Assembly: GCA_003158295.1 (NCBI GenBank)
Contig: PMIP01000059.1
Span: 31,617 to 88,716, forward strand
Source: Chloroflexota bacterium
GTDB taxonomy: Bacteria; Chloroflexota; Limnocylindria; Limnocylindrales; CSP1-4
Length of the DNA: 57,100 bases
Reading direction: 5' to 3'
Shown here piece by piece: positions 42,240 to 51,827 of this stretch (the first letter of the stretch is position 1; each line of letters begins with the position of its first letter). The notes below the pieces were generated by a model. It had not been told where the DNA came from. It worked only from the letters and a program-made list of their open reading frames with translations, and did no database searches. The position numbers and the translations under genes were made by a program.

Positions 42240-43493
42240 ATGCCCGCGCCGGTTCGACCCGGCGTCTTCGTCGGCGCGCGGCTGCTCGACGGCCTATCGC
42301 CCGACGCGATAGCCGACGGAATCCTTGTCACGGACGATCAGGGACGGATCGCCGCGGCCGGTCCTGCCGCAAGGACGGCCGCTCCCGGTGACGTGGACCG
42401 GATCGACCTTACGGGTTTGACAGTTCTGCCCGGGATCGTCGACTGCCACGTCCACCTGGCGATGCGCCTCGAGCCCGTGCACGACCAGGCCCAGCGCTCC
42501 GCGACCGACCTCGTCGTGCGAGCGCTCCAGACCGGCCGCGAATTCCTGGAAGCGGGCGTGACCACGGTCCGCGACGCTGGATACACTCCGGCCGGCATCA
42601 AGCGTGCCTTCGCCTCGGGCGCCTTCCCTGGGCCGCGTACCCAGGTCAGCTGCCAGCCGCTCTCCCAGACGGGCGGACACGGCGACGACTGGACGCCCTC
42701 CGGAATGGTCGTGATGACGGAGATGAGCGACCTCCCGAGTGGGATTGCCGACGGCGTGGACGCCGTACGCCGAGCCGCCCGGCTGCAGATCCGGGCCGGC
42801 GCCGATTGGATCAAGGTCATGGCGACGGGCGGCGTTCTATCTGCGGCGGACACGCCGGACGCCAGCCAGTTCACGATCGATGAGATCCGCGCCATCGTGG
42901 AGGAGGCGCGCGCTGCCGGCATAAAGGGCACGCTCGCCCATGCCGAGGGCACCGCCGGCATCAAGAACGCGCTGCGTGCCGGCATCAGCAGCATCGAGCA
43001 CGGCGACCTGATCGACGACGAGGGGATCGATCTGATGCTCGAGCGGGACGTGCCCCTGGTGCCGACCTTCAGCATCAACTTCACGCTCATGGATGCCGGT
43101 CGCGTGGCCCGGGGCGAGGTTCCTCCCTGGGCCGTCGAGAAGATGAAATACCTCTTCGAGCACCAGCAGGGCAGCTTCCGTCATGCCGTCGAGCGTGGCG
43201 TGCGGGTCGTGATGGGTACGGATAGCTTCAACGGGATGTATCCGCCGGCCGAGCTTGCCTACATGGCCGAGTTCGGGTTGGGGCCCCACCGGGCGATTCA
43301 GGCGGCCACGATCGAAGGGGCCAGGCTGCTGGGGCTGGCAGACCAGATAGGGAGTCTCGAGGTGGGCAAGCAGGCCGACCTGATCGCGGTCTCGGGCGAC
43401 CCACTCGCGGAGCCCGAGCTGTGGCGCGATCCGGCGCGGATCGTCTTCGTCGTGCAGGGCGGCCGAGTCGTGGCGGATCGCCGCGGGGCCTGA
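42240..43493 (+). CDS. Amidohydrolase-superfamily metal-dependent hydrolase
   Basis: VDCHVHL metal-binding motif, IKVMATGGV, AHAEG, HGD, MGTDS and a C-terminal GSLEVGKQADLI. GGAGGA SD. Confidence 0.85.
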   Translation: MPAPVRPGVFVGARLLDGLSPDAIADGILVTDDQGRIAAAGPAARTAAPGDVDRIDLTGLTVLPGIVDCHVHLAMRLEPVHDQAQRSATDLVVRALQTGREFLEAGVTTVRDAGYTPAGIKRAFASGAFPGPRTQVSCQPLSQTGGHGDDWTPSGMVVMTEMSDLPSGIADGVDAVRRAARLQIRAGADWIKVMATGGVLSAADTPDASQFTIDEIRAIVEEARAAGIKGTLAHAEGTAGIKNALRAGISSIEHGDLIDDEGIDLMLERDVPLVPTFSINFTLMDAGRVARGEVPPWAVEKMKYLFEHQQGSFRHAVERGVRVVMGTDSFNGMYPPAELAYMAEFGLGPHRAIQAATIEGARLLGLADQIGSLEVGKQADLIAVSGDPLAEPELWRDPARIVFVVQGGRVVADRRGA

Positions 43494-43496
43494 ACC

Positions 43497-44000
43497 GTGG
43501 TCTTCTACTATGCGGCGACCATCCTGGACGCCTGGCTGGCGGCGATCCGCGCCCTTACCAGTCCCAGACGAGCACTGCGATCTCTCAGAGGCGCCTGGCG
43601 AGCACTTCCCGGCGACCTGATGGGGCGGATGATCATGCGTGGATGCGGCATACCGGCGCCGAGCCGGATCGTCGATGCCGGCACCGTGTCGGCGGTACTG
43701 GTCGAGCATCCCAACGTGGGGCGCTACTTCGGGCTGCAGCTCATCCCGGTCCAGGCTCAGACGCTCGGCCGGTACGTCTTCTCACGCGGTCCGATTCCCG
43801 ATCACACGCTCGAGCATGAGATCGAGCACATCCGCCAGTGGGAGCGGCTGGGGCCGTTGTACCTGCCGCTCTACTTCGGCTCGTCCGCCGTGGCGCTCTG
43901 CCGCGGCCGGCGGCCCTACTGGGACAACCGCTTCGAGGTGGCCGCTCGACTTCGTGCCGACCGGGGGCCGGCCGCGCGAATCGACGGCGGGCCATCCTGA
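43497..44000 (+). CDS. Small HExxH protein (zincin-like, DUF4157-like pattern)
   Basis: GTG start 3 nt after the amidohydrolase stop. GRYVFSRGPIPDHTLEHEIEHIRQW resembles the short zincin motif preceding HExxHxxQ. Confidence 0.45.
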   Translation: MVFYYAATILDAWLAAIRALTSPRRALRSLRGAWRALPGDLMGRMIMRGCGIPAPSRIVDAGTVSAVLVEHPNVGRYFGLQLIPVQAQTLGRYVFSRGPIPDHTLEHEIEHIRQWERLGPLYLPLYFGSSAVALCRGRRPYWDNRFEVAARLRADRGPAARIDGGPS

Positions 44001-44057
44001 CAGCAACCGGCAGGAATGCTTCGTACCCTCATACCGTCCAGTAGCGAGGAGTCCACC

Positions 44058-44441
44058 ATGGCCACGCGCATCCAGGTCACGTTCGATTGCGCGGCTCCCG
44101 GGCGACTGGCGGAGTTCTGGTCCAAGGCTCTGCACTACGGCCCGCCGGATCCCTCCAGCGACGCCGATTGGGCGGCGATTGAAGACCCGGACCGAGCCGG
44201 ACCGCGCTTCTACTTCCAGCGTGTGCCCGAGGGCAAGGTAGCCAAGAACAGGATGCACCTCGACCTGACCGTCGAAGGCCGGCAGGGCGCATCTCTCGAG
44301 GATCGGAAGGTTCTCGTGGCCGCCGAGGTGGAGCGCCTCAAGGCGCTCGGCGCCGACGATCGTCGGGGTGCGATCGAGCAGGACGGCGAGTTCTGGGTCC
44401 GCATGAACGATCCCGAGGGGAACGAGTTCTGCGTCCAGTGA
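44058..44441 (+). CDS. VOC (glyoxalase/bleomycin-resistance fold) family protein
   Basis: FDCAAPGRLAEFWSKALHY, NRMHLDL and MNDPEGNEFCV motifs. GAGGAG SD. Confidence 0.8.
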   Translation: MATRIQVTFDCAAPGRLAEFWSKALHYGPPDPSSDADWAAIEDPDRAGPRFYFQRVPEGKVAKNRMHLDLTVEGRQGASLEDRKVLVAAEVERLKALGADDRRGAIEQDGEFWVRMNDPEGNEFCVQ

Positions 44442-44547
44442 GCTGGGGACCGTCGGGGACGAAACCTGACCAAAGCAGTAGGATATAGGTCGGGGTCGCG
44501 CCGGCCGTTAGGCGCGCCGATGCCGCGCTGCGAGGAACTCACCCAAC

Positions 44548-45618
44548 ATGCCAACTCTGACCCAAGACGCCGTCCTGAAAGCTCTGGCCACTGTTCAGGA
44601 GCCCGAGCTCGGGGGCAACCTGGTCGCTCGAAACATGATCAAGGACCTGGTAGTCGACGGATCCAGGGTGGCGTTCACGATCGAGCTGACGACTCCGGCA
44701 TGCCCGCTCAAGGATGAGATCCAGGCCAGGGTGGAGGCCGCTCTGAAGCCTATCGGGGCTCAGGCGATCGAGGTCGGCTGGGGCGCGACGGTCCGACGGT
44801 CCACTCCGACGACGCCGCAGATGCTGCCGGGCGTGAAGAACATCGTCGCGGTGGCGTCCGGCAAGGGTGGGGTCGGCAAGACGACGGTGAGCGTGAACCT
44901 GGCCGTGGCTCTGGCTCAGGCCGGCGCCTCGGTCGGGCTGCTCGACGCCGACATCACCGGGCCCAACATTCCGATGATGATCGGGGCCGAGGGTCAACCG
45001 GTGGCCAGCGCAAACGGGAAGATCACCCCGATCGAGGCCTACGGCGTCAAGGTGATCTCGATCCAGTTCTTCCTGCCCGAGGGCCAGCCGGTGGTGTGGA
45101 GGGGGCCGCTGGTGGGCGGCGCCATACAGCAGTTCCTGCGGGACGTGGAATGGGGTGATCTCGACTACCTGGTCGTGGACCTGCCGCCCGGAACCTCGGA
45201 TGCGCAGCTGACGCTGGCGCAGTCCGTCCCGCTCACGGGCGCCGTGCTGGTGACAACGCCGCAGCAGGTGGCTCTCGCCGACGTGGCCAAGGCCCTGGCT
45301 ATGTTCAAGCGTGTCAGCGTTCCGATCCTGGGCCTCGTCGAGAACATGTCCGGCTTCGTGTGCGCTCACTGCGGGGAGGTCACCGACATCTTCGGCCGCG
45401 GTGGCGGCGAGCGCTACGCCGCCGAGAACGGCATCGACTTCCTGGGCGGAATCCCGCTGGACGTGACCGTTCGCCAGGGAGCGGACGTCGGCGTGCCGGC
45501 CGTTGCTCAGGGCCAGGCGGGGCCTGCCGCCAAGGCGCTCGAGCACATCGCCCGCGCCATCGCCGGGAAGGTCAGCGTCCAAGCCGCGCGCGAGCAGCCC
45601 GTGCTTACCGTCTCCTGA
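44548..45618 (+). CDS. mrp: Mrp/NBP35 (ApbC) family Fe-S cluster carrier ATPase
   Basis: N-terminal DUF59-like domain, Walker A VASGKGGVGKTT, DLPPGTSD, and CxxC (CAHCG). Confidence 0.9.
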   Translation: MPTLTQDAVLKALATVQEPELGGNLVARNMIKDLVVDGSRVAFTIELTTPACPLKDEIQARVEAALKPIGAQAIEVGWGATVRRSTPTTPQMLPGVKNIVAVASGKGGVGKTTVSVNLAVALAQAGASVGLLDADITGPNIPMMIGAEGQPVASANGKITPIEAYGVKVISIQFFLPEGQPVVWRGPLVGGAIQQFLRDVEWGDLDYLVVDLPPGTSDAQLTLAQSVPLTGAVLVTTPQQVALADVAKALAMFKRVSVPILGLVENMSGFVCAHCGEVTDIFGRGGGERYAAENGIDFLGGIPLDVTVRQGADVGVPAVAQGQAGPAAKALEHIARAIAGKVSVQAAREQPVLTVS

Positions 45619-45756
45619 CGGGCGACGGGCCCGCGCGGCGCCCCAAGGCCGGCGGGCAATTGCCGCATTCTGGACCGGCGATCAAATGGGTTGCGACTCC
45701 CGGGCTCTGAAGGGTCTCGTGGCCGGGTAGTATTGGCGTGTCTCCACGAGGTTCCG

Positions 45757-47820
45757 ATGCCCTGTCCAGATTGCGGTACGCCGTCCGCGCCGGGTGCGCA
45801 TTTCTGCCACCTGTGCGGCAGGAGGCTGGAGGCGTTCACCGATGGGCTGACGGCCGGTGACCGGCGCGTCGTGAGCGCCCTGTTCGCCGACCTGGTCGGA
45901 TACACCCGCCTCGTCGCCGAGCTGGACCTGGAGGAGGTCAGGGCGCGTGTGGACAAGGCCCTCAGCCTCCTCAGCCAGGCTGTCGTCCGCTTCGGCGGCT
46001 CGGTCGAGAAGTTCGCGGGGGATGCCGTTCTGGCGGTGTTTGGGGCACCTCTGAGCCACGACGACGATGCCCTTCGGTCTTGCTTGTGCGCCCTGGAAAT
46101 GCAAGCCGCACTGGCACGAAGCCAGGTCGGGCACGACCGGCCGCTCCAGCTTCGGGTCGGCATCGCCACCGGCGAGGTTGTGGCCGCTCCTCGGGAGATG
46201 GCGGGGACGCGCTCCCTGGCTCTGACGGGGGATCCCATGACGACCGCCGCGCGGCTGCAGCAAATGGCCGAACCGAACGAGATCCTGATGGACGACGCGA
46301 CGGCCTCGGCCGCCGGACCGCACATCGGCGTGGAGCATCTCGGCGAACGCTTGCTGAGAGGGCAGAGTCGAGTGGTCACAGTCCTGCGCCTCGGGAGCGA
46401 GCGCCGCATCGTCAGCCATCCGTTCCGGCGCGTGGCCCCGCTGATTGGTCGCGACGACGAGAAGGCGCGCCTCACCGGCCTGCTGCGCCGGACTGCCCAG
46501 ACGCGCCGCGGTGGAGCGGTGCTCCTGCGCGGCGAGCCGGGGATCGGCAAATCGCGGCTGCTGTGCGAGATGGAAGACGAGGCTCGAGCTGCCGGATTCG
46601 CCTGGATGTGGCTCGACAACACGCCCCACGGCATGGACACCCCCTACCGTGCCGTCCGCAACATGGTCGACTGGCTGGCGGAGGAGCAGGGGATGGCTGC
46701 CGGCGTGGTCGCTCGCCAGCTGCTATTCGGCGCGAACGCCGCACCCGGCAGTGACCCGGAGTCCGCGCGCCTGATGCTCGGGGCCGTCGCCGTCCTGGCG
46801 CGTGATTCGGACGTCCGATTGCTTGCCGAGGAGGGTTGGGAGCCGGCGACGGCTGATCTGGCCGATCCTGCCGAACTGAAGGCCGGGTTCAAGCTGGCGA
46901 CCGAGATGTGGGTCAGCACGATGGTCGCCGAGCAGCCGCGCTGCATCGTGTTCGACGATTTCCATTGGATGGACCCTTCGAGCCGGGAGCTTATGGACCA
47001 CGTGGTCTGCGCGGCAGCCGACCTGCCTCTGGTGGTCCTGGCGGGTTCGAGGCCGCCGGTCACGCCCGCCTGGATCGACTTGCCCCACGTCGAATCGATC
47101 GATCTTGCGGGTCTCGACGAGGGCGCAACCGAGGAGCTGGGCGGGGCCGTGGCCGGTGCCGCCCTGGAATCGGAGTCCGCCCGCTGGCTGTACCAGAGGA
47201 CGGCCGGCAACGCGCTCTTCGTGGGCGAGATCATGCGGACGCTGCAGGAGACGGGTTGGCTCGAGCAGGTTGGCAAGCGGTTCCGGATCGATCGCGGCGC
47301 GGCTCGCCGGGGCGTGCCGCTGAGCCTGAGGGCGCTGCTCGGCGCCCGAATAGACGCCCTGCCGCCGGCACCTCGAGGCGTGCTGGAAGTCGCCGCCGTC
47401 GTTGGCATGACATTCTCGGAGCCGCTTCTCTCAGCTCTGTGCGGCGGCGCCCAGGAGGACAATCTCCGCCAGCTGTCCGAGGCCGGGATCATCGCTCCGG
47501 CCGACGAAGCCGGCGCCGGGCCGGATGGATGGCGCTTCCGCCACCAGCTCTTCCTTGACGCGGCCTACGGCCGCTTGCTGGCCGGCCGGCGACGGCAGCT
47601 CCACGCGAACCTGGCAGACGAGCTCGAGACCATGGAACCCAGGGTGGACGCCGCGGAGCTGGCTCGCCACCGGGTCGCCGCCGGAGACCCCGAACGTGCG
47701 CTGCCGCTGCTGGAACAGGCCGCGCGGGAGGCCGCCGCTGTCGGAGCGGTGGCGGAGGCCGAGGCGTTCATGCGCACGGCCGCCGAACTGAGGGGAGAGA
47801 CGGGTCCTATCGTCCCCTAG
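45757..47820 (+). CDS. Zinc-ribbon / class III adenylate-guanylate cyclase / AAA(STAND)-ATPase / helical-repeat protein
   Basis: CPDCGTPSAPGAHFCHLCG zinc ribbon. Cyclase motifs VVSALFADLVGYT and KFAGDAVLAVFGAP. P-loop LLRGEPGIGKSRLL. Walker B CIVFDDFHWMD. Confidence 0.85.
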   Translation: MPCPDCGTPSAPGAHFCHLCGRRLEAFTDGLTAGDRRVVSALFADLVGYTRLVAELDLEEVRARVDKALSLLSQAVVRFGGSVEKFAGDAVLAVFGAPLSHDDDALRSCLCALEMQAALARSQVGHDRPLQLRVGIATGEVVAAPREMAGTRSLALTGDPMTTAARLQQMAEPNEILMDDATASAAGPHIGVEHLGERLLRGQSRVVTVLRLGSERRIVSHPFRRVAPLIGRDDEKARLTGLLRRTAQTRRGGAVLLRGEPGIGKSRLLCEMEDEARAAGFAWMWLDNTPHGMDTPYRAVRNMVDWLAEEQGMAAGVVARQLLFGANAAPGSDPESARLMLGAVAVLARDSDVRLLAEEGWEPATADLADPAELKAGFKLATEMWVSTMVAEQPRCIVFDDFHWMDPSSRELMDHVVCAAADLPLVVLAGSRPPVTPAWIDLPHVESIDLAGLDEGATEELGGAVAGAALESESARWLYQRTAGNALFVGEIMRTLQETGWLEQVGKRFRIDRGAARRGVPLSLRALLGARIDALPPAPRGVLEVAAVVGMTFSEPLLSALCGGAQEDNLRQLSEAGIIAPADEAGAGPDGWRFRHQLFLDAAYGRLLAGRRRQLHANLADELETMEPRVDAAELARHRVAAGDPERALPLLEQAAREAAAVGAVAEAEAFMRTAAELRGETGPIVP

Positions 47821-47836
47821 CCGCGCCGGCCGGCCA

Positions 47837-49051
47837 TCACGAGAGCAGCCGGCGAGGCCGGCCGGCCCGTCGCCGGTGAGGCTTCCGAGATCCGATCAAG
47901 ACGAAGGCCATGGCGCTTGCGGTCACGGGCGGCGCGACAGCGATTGCTCCTCCGGCCGGTGCCACAGCCGCCGCTCCCGGAGGTAGTGGCACGGTACCCC
48001 AGACGTCGGCCGACCAGGCCGCGTCCGCGAGCCTGTGCTGGCCGGTCAACGAGGGATGGAGGTAGTCGACCGTGCTCAGGTCGGCGATCGTGAAGTCGCG
48101 CATCGAGAGGAGCGACTCGTTGGTGGTGCAGTACAGCTTGCCGCTCGTCGCGCCGGCGGCCGAGATGTCTTCGCAAGCCTGGGCCAGGCTATCGTCGTAC
48201 TGGCGCAGATACGTTTCGGCCTCGGCCAGCGTCGAAGGGCTGTTGTCTCCCAGGAAGGGCGCGCATGCGGTCGAGTTTCGAGGGAGTGCCAGGAACGCCT
48301 TGGCCTTGGCGTCGGCCTGAGTGATGTCTCGCAAGTGGCCGAAGTCGGGGACCGACAGCATCAGGATTCGGCTGCCGGCCGGCAGCCCGTCCCGCAGGAT
48401 CGAGATCGCCGAGCGAAGATCTGACTCGAATGAGGCCGGATCGGTCTTGGGGTCGTCGCACAGGTCGTTCGTGCCCAGCTCGAAGGTGACGTACGCGGTC
48501 TGACCCGGCGAGAGCTTGCGTGCGGCCGCTACGACCGCCGTGGCCTGCCGTGGGGCGTCGTTCATCTTCCTGCCGGACGTGGCGGCATCCACGAGCTTGG
48601 GAGAGCCTCCCAGCGCCGCAAATCGTTCGGCGAGACTGAAAACGCCGTCGTTCTTCGCGGTACCGATCACCCACGAGAACTGTGTGTGGTCGCGCAGGTA
48701 CGCGGGCGTGACGCTGTAGGCCTGGCTGTACGAGTCGCCGATGGCCCCCAGTAGTGCCGGGAGCGGGGGCGTCGTCGGAGCCGGCGTCGGGGTGGAAGCC
48801 GGAGTGGGAGATGCAGTGGGCGTTGGCGTGTCCGACGGTGCAGGCGTGGCCAATGGTCCGCCGGGACTGGATGCGGCGGCCGTGATGGATGGAGGCGCAT
48901 CGGGCGAGGCATCGGCGGTGACGCCGGGGTGTGCGCCGACGAGGCCGGTCTCGAGACCGACCACGACGGTAAGCACGGCGGCCAGCGCGAGAAGCGCCAG
49001 CGCGGAGGCACGTTGCGGTCTGTCCGCGAGCCACGACTTCAGTCCACCCAT
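47837..49051 (-). CDS. Secreted SGNH/GDSL-family hydrolase
   Basis: Signal anchor, Pro/Thr-rich linker, block I GAIGDSYSQ, block III ELGTNDL, block V DYLHPS. Confidence 0.8.
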   Translation of the reverse strand: MGGLKSWLADRPQRASALALLALAAVLTVVVGLETGLVGAHPGVTADASPDAPPSITAAASSPGGPLATPAPSDTPTPTASPTPASTPTPAPTTPPLPALLGAIGDSYSQAYSVTPAYLRDHTQFSWVIGTAKNDGVFSLAERFAALGGSPKLVDAATSGRKMNDAPRQATAVVAAARKLSPGQTAYVTFELGTNDLCDDPKTDPASFESDLRSAISILRDGLPAGSRILMLSVPDFGHLRDITQADAKAKAFLALPRNSTACAPFLGDNSPSTLAEAETYLRQYDDSLAQACEDISAAGATSGKLYCTTNESLLSMRDFTIADLSTVDYLHPSLTGQHRLADAAWSADVWGTVPLPPGAAAVAPAGGAIAVAPPVTASAMAFVLIGSRKPHRRRAGRPRRLLS

Positions 49052-49057
49052 GCGCCA

Positions 49058-49063
49058 ATCCTA
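49058..49063 (-). promoter_or_regulatory. -10-like TAGGAT 6 nt upstream of the SGNH ATG (leaderless candidate)
   Basis: Minus strand reads ccgTAGGATtggcgcATG. Confidence 0.35.
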
Positions 49064-49092
49064 CGGCCCAGGTGGATCGGCGGCACGCCTCG

Positions 49093-49186
49093 GACCGGCC
49101 CGCCGGAACGGAGGCGGCGGACGACCGCGACCCTGGGCGGCCCGCCCGGAGGACCGCGACCCGACCGGCCCGCCGGAGCGGAGGCG
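49093..49186. repeat. Two 24-bp direct repeats 70 bp apart in the divergent SGNH/crp promoter region
   Basis: gaccggcccgccggaAcggaggcg (49093-49116) and gaccggcccgccggaGcggaggcg (49163-49186). A shorter gaccgcgaccc motif also occurs twice. Confidence 0.8.
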
Positions 49187-49236
49187 TCCGATCACGATCC
49201 TGGCCGAACCCGCCTTCGCTCGGAGGTGCCGCCGCC

Positions 49237-49242
49237 TAAGAT
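49237..49242 (+). promoter_or_regulatory. -10-like TAAGAT 6 nt upstream of the crp-family ATG (leaderless candidate)
   Basis: gccTAAGATgtcggcATG. Confidence 0.4.
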
Positions 49243-49248
49243 GTCGGC

Positions 49249-49947
49249 ATGCTGGAAACCGATTTCGCCGTCGAAGCACTCGGGCGTTGCCGTCTCTTCG
49301 CCGGTCTCGATCCCGAAGCCCTGGAGGCAATAGCCCGAAGTCTCCGGATTCGCCACTTCCGCCGCGGCGAGGTCCTGTTCCACGAAGGCGATCCCGGCGA
49401 TGCGCTGTTCATCGTCGCCTCGGGCGCGGTCAAGGTGGTCGTTCCTTCGGAGGAGGGCGAAGAGGCGATCCTCGCGACCCTGAAGCGCGGGGATTTCCTG
49501 GGCGAGCTGGCATTGCTGGACGGAGCCCCTCGCTCCGCCAGTGCGATCGCTCTCGAGGCCACGGATGCGCTGACCCTGCCGCGCGATCAATTCCGCGCCC
49601 TGGCGGACGCAGAACCGGCGATTCGAGGGGCTCTCCTGGAGGCGATGGCACGAGAGCTGCGCCGCCTCACGAAGCATGTCGCCGAGCTGCACTTCCTCGA
49701 CCTGACCGGCAGGCTTGCCGCAAGGCTGGTGCGGCTCGCCGAGGATCACGGCGAGCGGTTGCCGGACGGCTCGGTCCGGCTTGACGCGCCGCTCACCCAG
49801 AGCGATCTGGCGGCCATGATCGGGGCGACTCGTCAGAGTGTGAACAAGCTCCTCGGCGAGTTCGAGGAAGAGGGCTTGCTGCGGCTCGAACGCGACAGCA
49901 TCGTCGTGGCGGACGTGCCGGCATTGGCCAGGGCGGCGCGCCGGTAG
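49249..49947 (+). CDS. Crp/Fnr-family transcriptional regulator
   Basis: cNMP-binding domain (FHEGDPGDALFIVASGAVKV, GDFLGELALLDGAPRSASA) and a C-terminal HTH (LTQSDLAAMIGATRQSVNKLL). Confidence 0.9.
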   Translation: MLETDFAVEALGRCRLFAGLDPEALEAIARSLRIRHFRRGEVLFHEGDPGDALFIVASGAVKVVVPSEEGEEAILATLKRGDFLGELALLDGAPRSASAIALEATDALTLPRDQFRALADAEPAIRGALLEAMARELRRLTKHVAELHFLDLTGRLAARLVRLAEDHGERLPDGSVRLDAPLTQSDLAAMIGATRQSVNKLLGEFEEEGLLRLERDSIVVADVPALARAARR

Positions 49948-50051
49948 ACCCCTGCGGGGGCTCGGTGCGGCCCGTAACGTGGCGTGGCGGGGCTGGGTGC
50001 GGCCGGTGCTCGGTGCGGCCGGGACCGCCGATCCCTACGGCCGTCGGATCG

Positions 50052-50534
50052 TCAACCCGCCGAGATGACCCCTTCGCGGCCCAGCTGGAGAAGCTGCGCT
50101 CGGCTCTCGTCGAGGTGATGAGTGGCGATCCCGAACAGCCGCTTCAGAAGCAACGCCGACTGAGCGGATCCGCCGCTCAGCAGGGCCAACAGCTCGGATG
50201 TGGGCATGGAGACCAGGACGGCCGGACCTATCGCTCGTGCGGTCGAGAGCGCCTTGGGTTCCTCTCGCAGGGCCGACCAGCCGAGCAGATCGCCCGCGTG
50301 AAGCGTCGACACCAGGATCCAGCGGTGTTCGTGTCGGACGCGCAGGGCCAGCTGGCCCTTCTCGAGCCAGTGGATCTCCGAAATGGGCGCCCCCATCTCC
50401 ACGAGAGTCTCACCGTCGGCCAGCACGCGCCGGACCGAGAGCCCGGCAAGGCCCTCGAGGTCGGCCGGGCTCAATCCTTCGAACAGCGGCAGCCTCGTAA
50501 GCTCGGCTGCGCTGACACTCTCCGCCGTGCTCAT
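50052..50534 (-). CDS. Stand-alone cyclic-nucleotide-binding domain protein (160 aa)
   Basis: LPLFEGLSPADLEGLA...GDLLGWSALREEPKALSTARA matches cNMP-binding fold motifs. No output domain. Confidence 0.75.
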   Translation of the reverse strand: MSTAESVSAAELTRLPLFEGLSPADLEGLAGLSVRRVLADGETLVEMGAPISEIHWLEKGQLALRVRHEHRWILVSTLHAGDLLGWSALREEPKALSTARAIGPAVLVSMPTSELLALLSGGSAQSALLLKRLFGIATHHLDESRAQLLQLGREGVISAG

Positions 50535-50636
50535 CTCTCGCTCCCACTCCCCAGATCGTCCGGAATCATCGAGTCGCTATTGTCCATCCGATGCTCACCT
50601 GCGCGCTGGACGTCCGAACGGGTCGGCGGGGCGCGT

Positions 50637-51821
50637 TCAGTGCTCCTTGGCGAGGCGGTGGAGGAGTGCCGCCGCCGCAAGCGCGGCGCGGCGTCTGCCT
50701 TCTTCGCCGCCCAGGAAGGCAGTCTGGCTAGCTTCCGAAATACCCCATGGACCGACAACGGCCAGATCCACGCGCGTATCCTCACCGGTTTCCACCGCCC
50801 GGACCGCGACCCCGATCGACGCACCCGCCTCCTCCCTGACCCGCTCCGCCAGAGGGGGGAGTGGCCGAGTTGGGTCGTCGGCGGCGAGGGTGCGAGCGCT
50901 CAGCAGCCACGCAGCCTCGCCCAGGAGGCGGGTCGTGGAGCCGCCCGTGCCTACTTCGACGAGCGCGGCGGTCCAGCCGCGTTCGGCGAACTGGCGACCA
51001 AGGACCGCCTGCCACGTTTCATCGTCGCGGCCCCAGACGTGGTCCCCGACGGCGGCGAGGACGGCCGCCTCCGCCTCCTCGACAAGCTCCGCGGGTCCTC
51101 GCCCCGCCTGTGCCACCGCCGAGATCCGGACGTCGACCGCGTCCGCGCGCGCATACGTGGCCACGGTCGGATTCTCGGCCCGGAGCAGCCCTTCTCCCAG
51201 CCGCGCGGCCACGATCGACTCGCCGATCCCGGCCAGGCGATAGGTCCGGGTGATCCTCTCCTGGCCCAGTCCACGCTCGTGGAGGCGGGGGAGCACCCAA
51301 TCTCGCCACATCGGGCTGATCTCGGGAGGCGGACCCGGCAGCGCAACCACCACGCGGCCGTCGGGCCGATCCACCCACCACCCCGGAGCGGTGCCGCGTT
51401 CGTTGGGGATCGCCGTCGCCGACGGAATCAGCCACGCCTGCTTGAGATTCGTCTTGGCGAACGGGAGGCGTCGTCGCTCGAAGAGGTGGCGCAGCCAGCC
51501 CGCCAGCTCGGGATCCACGGCCGGGCACTCCTCGAGAACCTCGGCGATCGCCTCACGGGTAAGGTCGTCCGGCGTGGGGCCCAGGCCGCCGGTCGTCACG
51601 ACCAGATCGGCGGCGGCCAGGGCCTCGCCGATGGCGGCCGCGACCGTGGCCAATCGGTCGGGAAGTGCCGAGATCCACAACACTTCGACGCCGGCGTCGG
51701 ATAGGGACCTGGCCAGGTCGCCGCTGTTCGTGTCCCGGGTCTCGCCGGTGGTCAGTTCACTTCCCACCGCCAGGAGCACGGTGGTGCGAAGCGGTCGGGG
51801 AGTGCTCGTTGTGCCGGTCAC
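50637..51821 (-). CDS. cinA: CinA-family protein (MoCF-biosynthesis domain plus nicotinamide-nucleotide amidase domain)
   Basis: AVGSELTTGETRDTNS, VVTTGGLGPTPDDLT, a KH-like middle region and a C-terminal PncC-like domain. GTG start. Confidence 0.85.
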   Translation of the reverse strand: MTGTTSTPRPLRTTVLLAVGSELTTGETRDTNSGDLARSLSDAGVEVLWISALPDRLATVAAAIGEALAAADLVVTTGGLGPTPDDLTREAIAEVLEECPAVDPELAGWLRHLFERRRLPFAKTNLKQAWLIPSATAIPNERGTAPGWWVDRPDGRVVVALPGPPPEISPMWRDWVLPRLHERGLGQERITRTYRLAGIGESIVAARLGEGLLRAENPTVATYARADAVDVRISAVAQAGRGPAELVEEAEAAVLAAVGDHVWGRDDETWQAVLGRQFAERGWTAALVEVGTGGSTTRLLGEAAWLLSARTLAADDPTRPLPPLAERVREEAGASIGVAVRAVETGEDTRVDLAVVGPWGISEASQTAFLGGEEGRRRAALAAAALLHRLAKEH

Positions 51822-51827
51822 CGCCGG

